Source: Amoebidium appalachense
Lineage: Eukaryota; Protista; Ichthyosporea
Assembly: GCA_963693365.1 (NCBI GenBank)
Contig: CAVNZM010000011.1
Location: 1,968,989-2,032,988 of the forward strand
Reading direction: 5' to 3'
Length of the DNA: 64,000 bases
The notes under the pieces are model-generated. The model ran no database searches, was not told where the DNA came from, and saw only the letters and a program-made list of their open reading frames with translations. Numbering within the stretch: position 1 is the first letter of the stretch; every line of letters begins with the position of its first letter. The translations under genes were made by a program, and so were the position numbers. This document shows, piece after piece, positions 60,347 to 64,000 of this stretch.

Positions 60347-61306
60347 TTCCTTCACACACACACACAGACACCCTCCCCCCCCCCCCCCCCCCCCCCCCCC
60401 CTCCCCCCCCCCTTTTTTTTTTCCCCCATTGTTTTAATTGTAACTCCCTGAGAAGCAAACTGTTTGGTGAAAATGATGGGTGCCGGATGGGGGTGAGATT
60501 GAGGAGTTGTGTGTGTGTGGTGGTGGTGTTTTGTGGGGGGGGGGGGGGGGGGGGGTTTGCAGGAAACTGGTGCTGACTGGTTTGTTTTCATCCCACAGAA
60601 TGTAGAATGGGTGCGAAATACGGTTCGGGAAGACGACCCGAGCACCTACGAGACAGAGGAGTTCTTTAACACTGTGCGAAAATTGTGGGCGGATACGGGG
60701 GTCCAAGAGTGCTATCGGCGCTCTAACGAGTACCAGTTGAATGACTCTGCAAAATAGTATGGATCCCCCCCCCCCACCTACCAATTTCTGCTCGTTTTAT
60801 GTTCTTTGTTTGGTTTTACCTTCTTTTCCTGCAAGCAAACGTATAACAACCCCCCCCCCCTCCCCCCCCTTCCCCTCCCTCCCTTTCTCTCTCACTCCCC
60901 AAAGAAAACACCTTTAATGAAGTAACAGCAACAAGTGACAGCAACAATAACAGTAATATTATTGATATCATTGATACTATTTATACCTGATGCATTTGAG
61001 CACAAGTCGACCCCCCCTTCGTTGGTTTGCTCTTCCCCGTATTGCAGGTCCAAGGCAGCCCTCGTCGATTCTGCATGCATGCACACACAAGGAAAGACAA
61101 GTGCACACACACGTACAATACTACACCTGACACCCTCTTGTGGACGTGCAAGCGTGTGTGCGCAGGGAGGCATGACACAAAGCACACACGCGTGCACAGA
61201 CAGCCACACACACGCACACGCACACATACATACATACTCACACATACACCCATGCACACGCACTATGTATGCACACACACATGCGCGCACACACACATGC
61301 ATGCAT

Positions 61307-61360
<54 letters not shown>

Positions 61361-62125
61361 ACGCGCACGCACACACACACGCAAGCACGCACACACACAC
61401 ACACACACACACTCATACAAATATACATGCACGCACACCCGCACGTACATACATGCACGAACACACGAACGCGCATACATACATGCATACATGCACGCAT
61501 ACACACGTTCCTACATACACGTGGGCCCACACACATACTTACATACATGCATACATGCATGCGCCCACGCACATACATACAAATACGCATGTGGGTGCAC
61601 ACATGCATACACCCATGCACGGGACCGTCGCCACGTGATATGTACGCACACTGCACCGGTACACACGGCATGTTTATCGCCAGGACAATAGGGGCATGCA
61701 CAAAAACCTCACGTGTATAATAAAGATTCTTCTGTAGTTCCACGTCGTCCCTCTTCCTGTGCTTCGCAGTTGTCACCCTTCAAATCATATACACACACAC
61801 ACACCCCTCCCCCACCAATCCGTCCTCCCCCCATCCCAGTTGCCCTTCCCACACACATAATCGCACAGATACTGACCTGTATGCCACACACACACTCACT
61901 TGTATGCGTCCACATGCATGGCGCACATATACACACATGCAATCACACACATGTATTCTTTCAACGCGCACACACACACACCTACACATACACGCACAAG
62001 CGCCCACCTACACATGCACTTTTCGACACACACACACACACACACACATGCACGCGCTGGCACACACACACACACACATACACACACACCGACACACACA
62101 CACACATGCATGCTCCTGGGCACAC

Positions 62126-62178
<53 letters not shown>

Positions 62179-62221
62179 CACACATGCACACACACACACA
62201 CACACATGCACACACACACAC

Positions 62222-62261
<40 letters not shown>

Positions 62262-62386
62262 TTTGACGCCATCGACCGAATATCCAACAAAGACTATCTC
62301 CCCACGGACCAGGATATGCTGCAGGCAAGAATAGTCACCACCGGAATTTTCGAAACGAAATTTGTAATCAACACCGTAGTGTTTCA
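58148..62386 (+). CDS. Heterotrimeric G protein alpha subunit (first four exons; gene continues beyond the window)
   Basis: Exons 58148-58277, 59690-59877, 60599-60756, 62258-62386. Motifs: [25 protein letters not shown] (P-loop), [47 protein letters not shown] (switch I). Confidence 0.96.
58234..58534 (+). repeat. ~90-bp tandem repeats duplicating the end of G-alpha exon 1 and its 5' splice site
   Basis: GTAC(C/T)GCAAGAAGTT(C/T)GAGAATGAGCTCAAGCTGCTCCTGCT(C/A)G|GTGCGT plus a T-rich tail at 58234, 58326 and 58415, and truncated at 58508. Confidence 0.92.
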
Positions 62387-62709
62387 GTATGCACCCCCTC
62401 CCCCCCCCCCCCCCCCCCCCCCCACGCCTTCCACACACACACACACACACACCACCCCCCGGTTCCCCCTCCTCCTCCCCATCCCCCCCAACCTCCGTCT
62501 CTGCCCCTCTTTCTTAACTTGCTCCCTTTTTCCCCTCTGGACCTGGACTTGTGAAACATATCCCTAATTCTCGAAGGAAAAACAAAAAAGGAAGTGAAGG
62601 TGAAAGGAAATATGGTGATTCTCTCGAGGTGGGGTTGGCTTTTGTTGGTTGTGCTTGGCCGTGGGGTCCAGATCGTGACCACTAGAACTTTCTCGTAGCA
62701 GCAGCGCCC

Positions 62710-63383
62710 GCTCGTCTTTGATCATGACGGGTTGACCCTCCCAAGTTCAGTTGATGCTGCTGTCTGAGTTGGAGAGTCGTATATACACGGGCTAAGGGGT
62801 CGAAACTCAGACGCAATTGATGACTTGGGCCTGCCTGAGGATGGACTCTGCTTATGACGCATACTGTGCGCATGGCTGATGTTGCATACTTGAATGTTTG
62901 CCTTTGCATGTGTCCTTCGTGTATGCGTACTTCGTACCGTGTTTCGCAGTCAAACCCCCCCAGTCTTCTTTCAGAGGTGTCCTTTCAGGACAGACCACTG
63001 TGTGGAGACCGCTTTACTTCCATGCAACCGGGCATGGTTGCTCTGTGTCGTGCATCTGTAAGGACATACGCATTTTCCGCTGCACTGCATTAGTTTGCAC
63101 ACACATATTCACCGTTTTGCTCACCTTGCTTGCATAAGCAACCCTGCTCGTCTTTGATCAAGACGTGTTGACCCTCCCAAGTTCAGTTGATGCTGCTGTC
63201 TGAGTTGGAGAGTCGTATATACGCGGACTAAGGGGTCGAAACTCAGACGCAATTGATGACTTGGGCCCTCCCTGAGGATGGGCTGTGCTTATGACGCATA
63301 CTGTGCGCATGGCTGATGTTGCATACTTGCCTTTGCATGTGTCCTTCGTGTATGCGTACTTCGTACCGTGTTCCGCATTCAAA
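62710..63383 (+). mobile_element. Structured dispersed element, tandem copies C (62710-62955, 5'-truncated) and B (63125-63383) in a G-alpha intron
   Basis: Two highly similar direct repeats ~435 bp apart, each ending in TCAAA followed by a C run; homologous to the reverse complement of 26541-26790. Confidence 0.8.
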
Positions 63384-63499
63384 CCCCCCCCCCCCCCCCC
63401 CTTATCTCCTCCCCCTCCCCCCAAAACAATCGTGCATGGAGGCACGAACACACATACACATACTCAGGCAGACGGCTTTGTGTGCTGATGGCTGGACAC

Positions 63500-63598
<99 letters not shown>

Positions 63599-64000
63599 CA
63601 CTTATTCTGCTACACACAGGCATACACATACACGTACACAAACACACATGCAAACGACATGCACATGCACATGAGCATGCACATATCTGGCTACCATTTT
63701 TGCTGCTGTGATTTTGATATAACTTTTAACAATCGTGTTTGTCAATTAACACCTGCACATACACACCTGCATAGATTTATATGGCGATTCATGCAGAGAA
63801 CAATGTGCCAATGTAGGCGCATGCACAGACACGACCTAAGCATGTACACATGCCATCCAACCTCCACACACAAACACAAACACACTAAATTTATGCACAC
63901 ACGTGTATAAGAGCCACTCACACATGTGCGAAGGGTTATAAAACATGCCGGAACTTGTGTACTCCGTGCAACAAACATAACTCCCTCCCCCTCTCTTTCC

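Noticed and set aside
63190-63250. tRNA gene or tRNA-derived SINE head (TCTGAGTTGG as A box, GGTCGAAAC as B box)
   Set aside because: No cloverleaf can be drawn, the B box deviates from GTTCRANNC, and the two motifs pair with each other in a covarying stem. Not fully excluded without tRNAscan or Infernal.
63125-63300. Canonical hammerhead, HDV-like ribozyme, RNase P/MRP or SRP RNA
   Set aside because: Box order and the missing stem II exclude hammerhead types I-III. There is no HDV L3/P1.1 motif, and no RNase P/MRP CR-I/CR-V or SRP helix 8 consensus is visible.

Overview
Intron-rich eukaryotic genomic DNA, probably a unicellular holozoan or other opisthokont protist (inferred from gene content). 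Introns are packed with poly(C)/poly(G) and (CA)n/(TG)n tracts, so almost all poly-Pro/Gly, HT and CV ORFs in the ORF track are artefacts. Four spliced genes were reconstructed by hand. (1) A Diaphanous-related formin (+, 33 exons in the window, GBD/FH3-FH1-FH2-DAD) with one U12-type AT-AC intron. (2) A tandem-DEP-domain protein (-). (3) A protein with a single fimbrin/plastin-type actin-binding domain fused to a long coiled coil (-). (4) The first four exons of a heterotrimeric G-alpha subunit (+, runs off the window). A DNA-transposon cluster at 47.5-55.7 kb holds a Kolobok-type element (TTAA TSD) nested in a hAT-like MITE, and a P-superfamily element with 31-bp TIRs, an exact 8-bp TSD and a THAP domain. 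The most striking unexplained signal is a ~250-nt intronic element in five copies, always sense to the host gene. The four well-preserved copies end on a poly(C) run, and the two divergent subfamilies show compensatory changes supporting a pseudoknotted RNA fold with hammerhead-like core boxes in a non-canonical order. Coordinates were read manually and may be off by a few bases.
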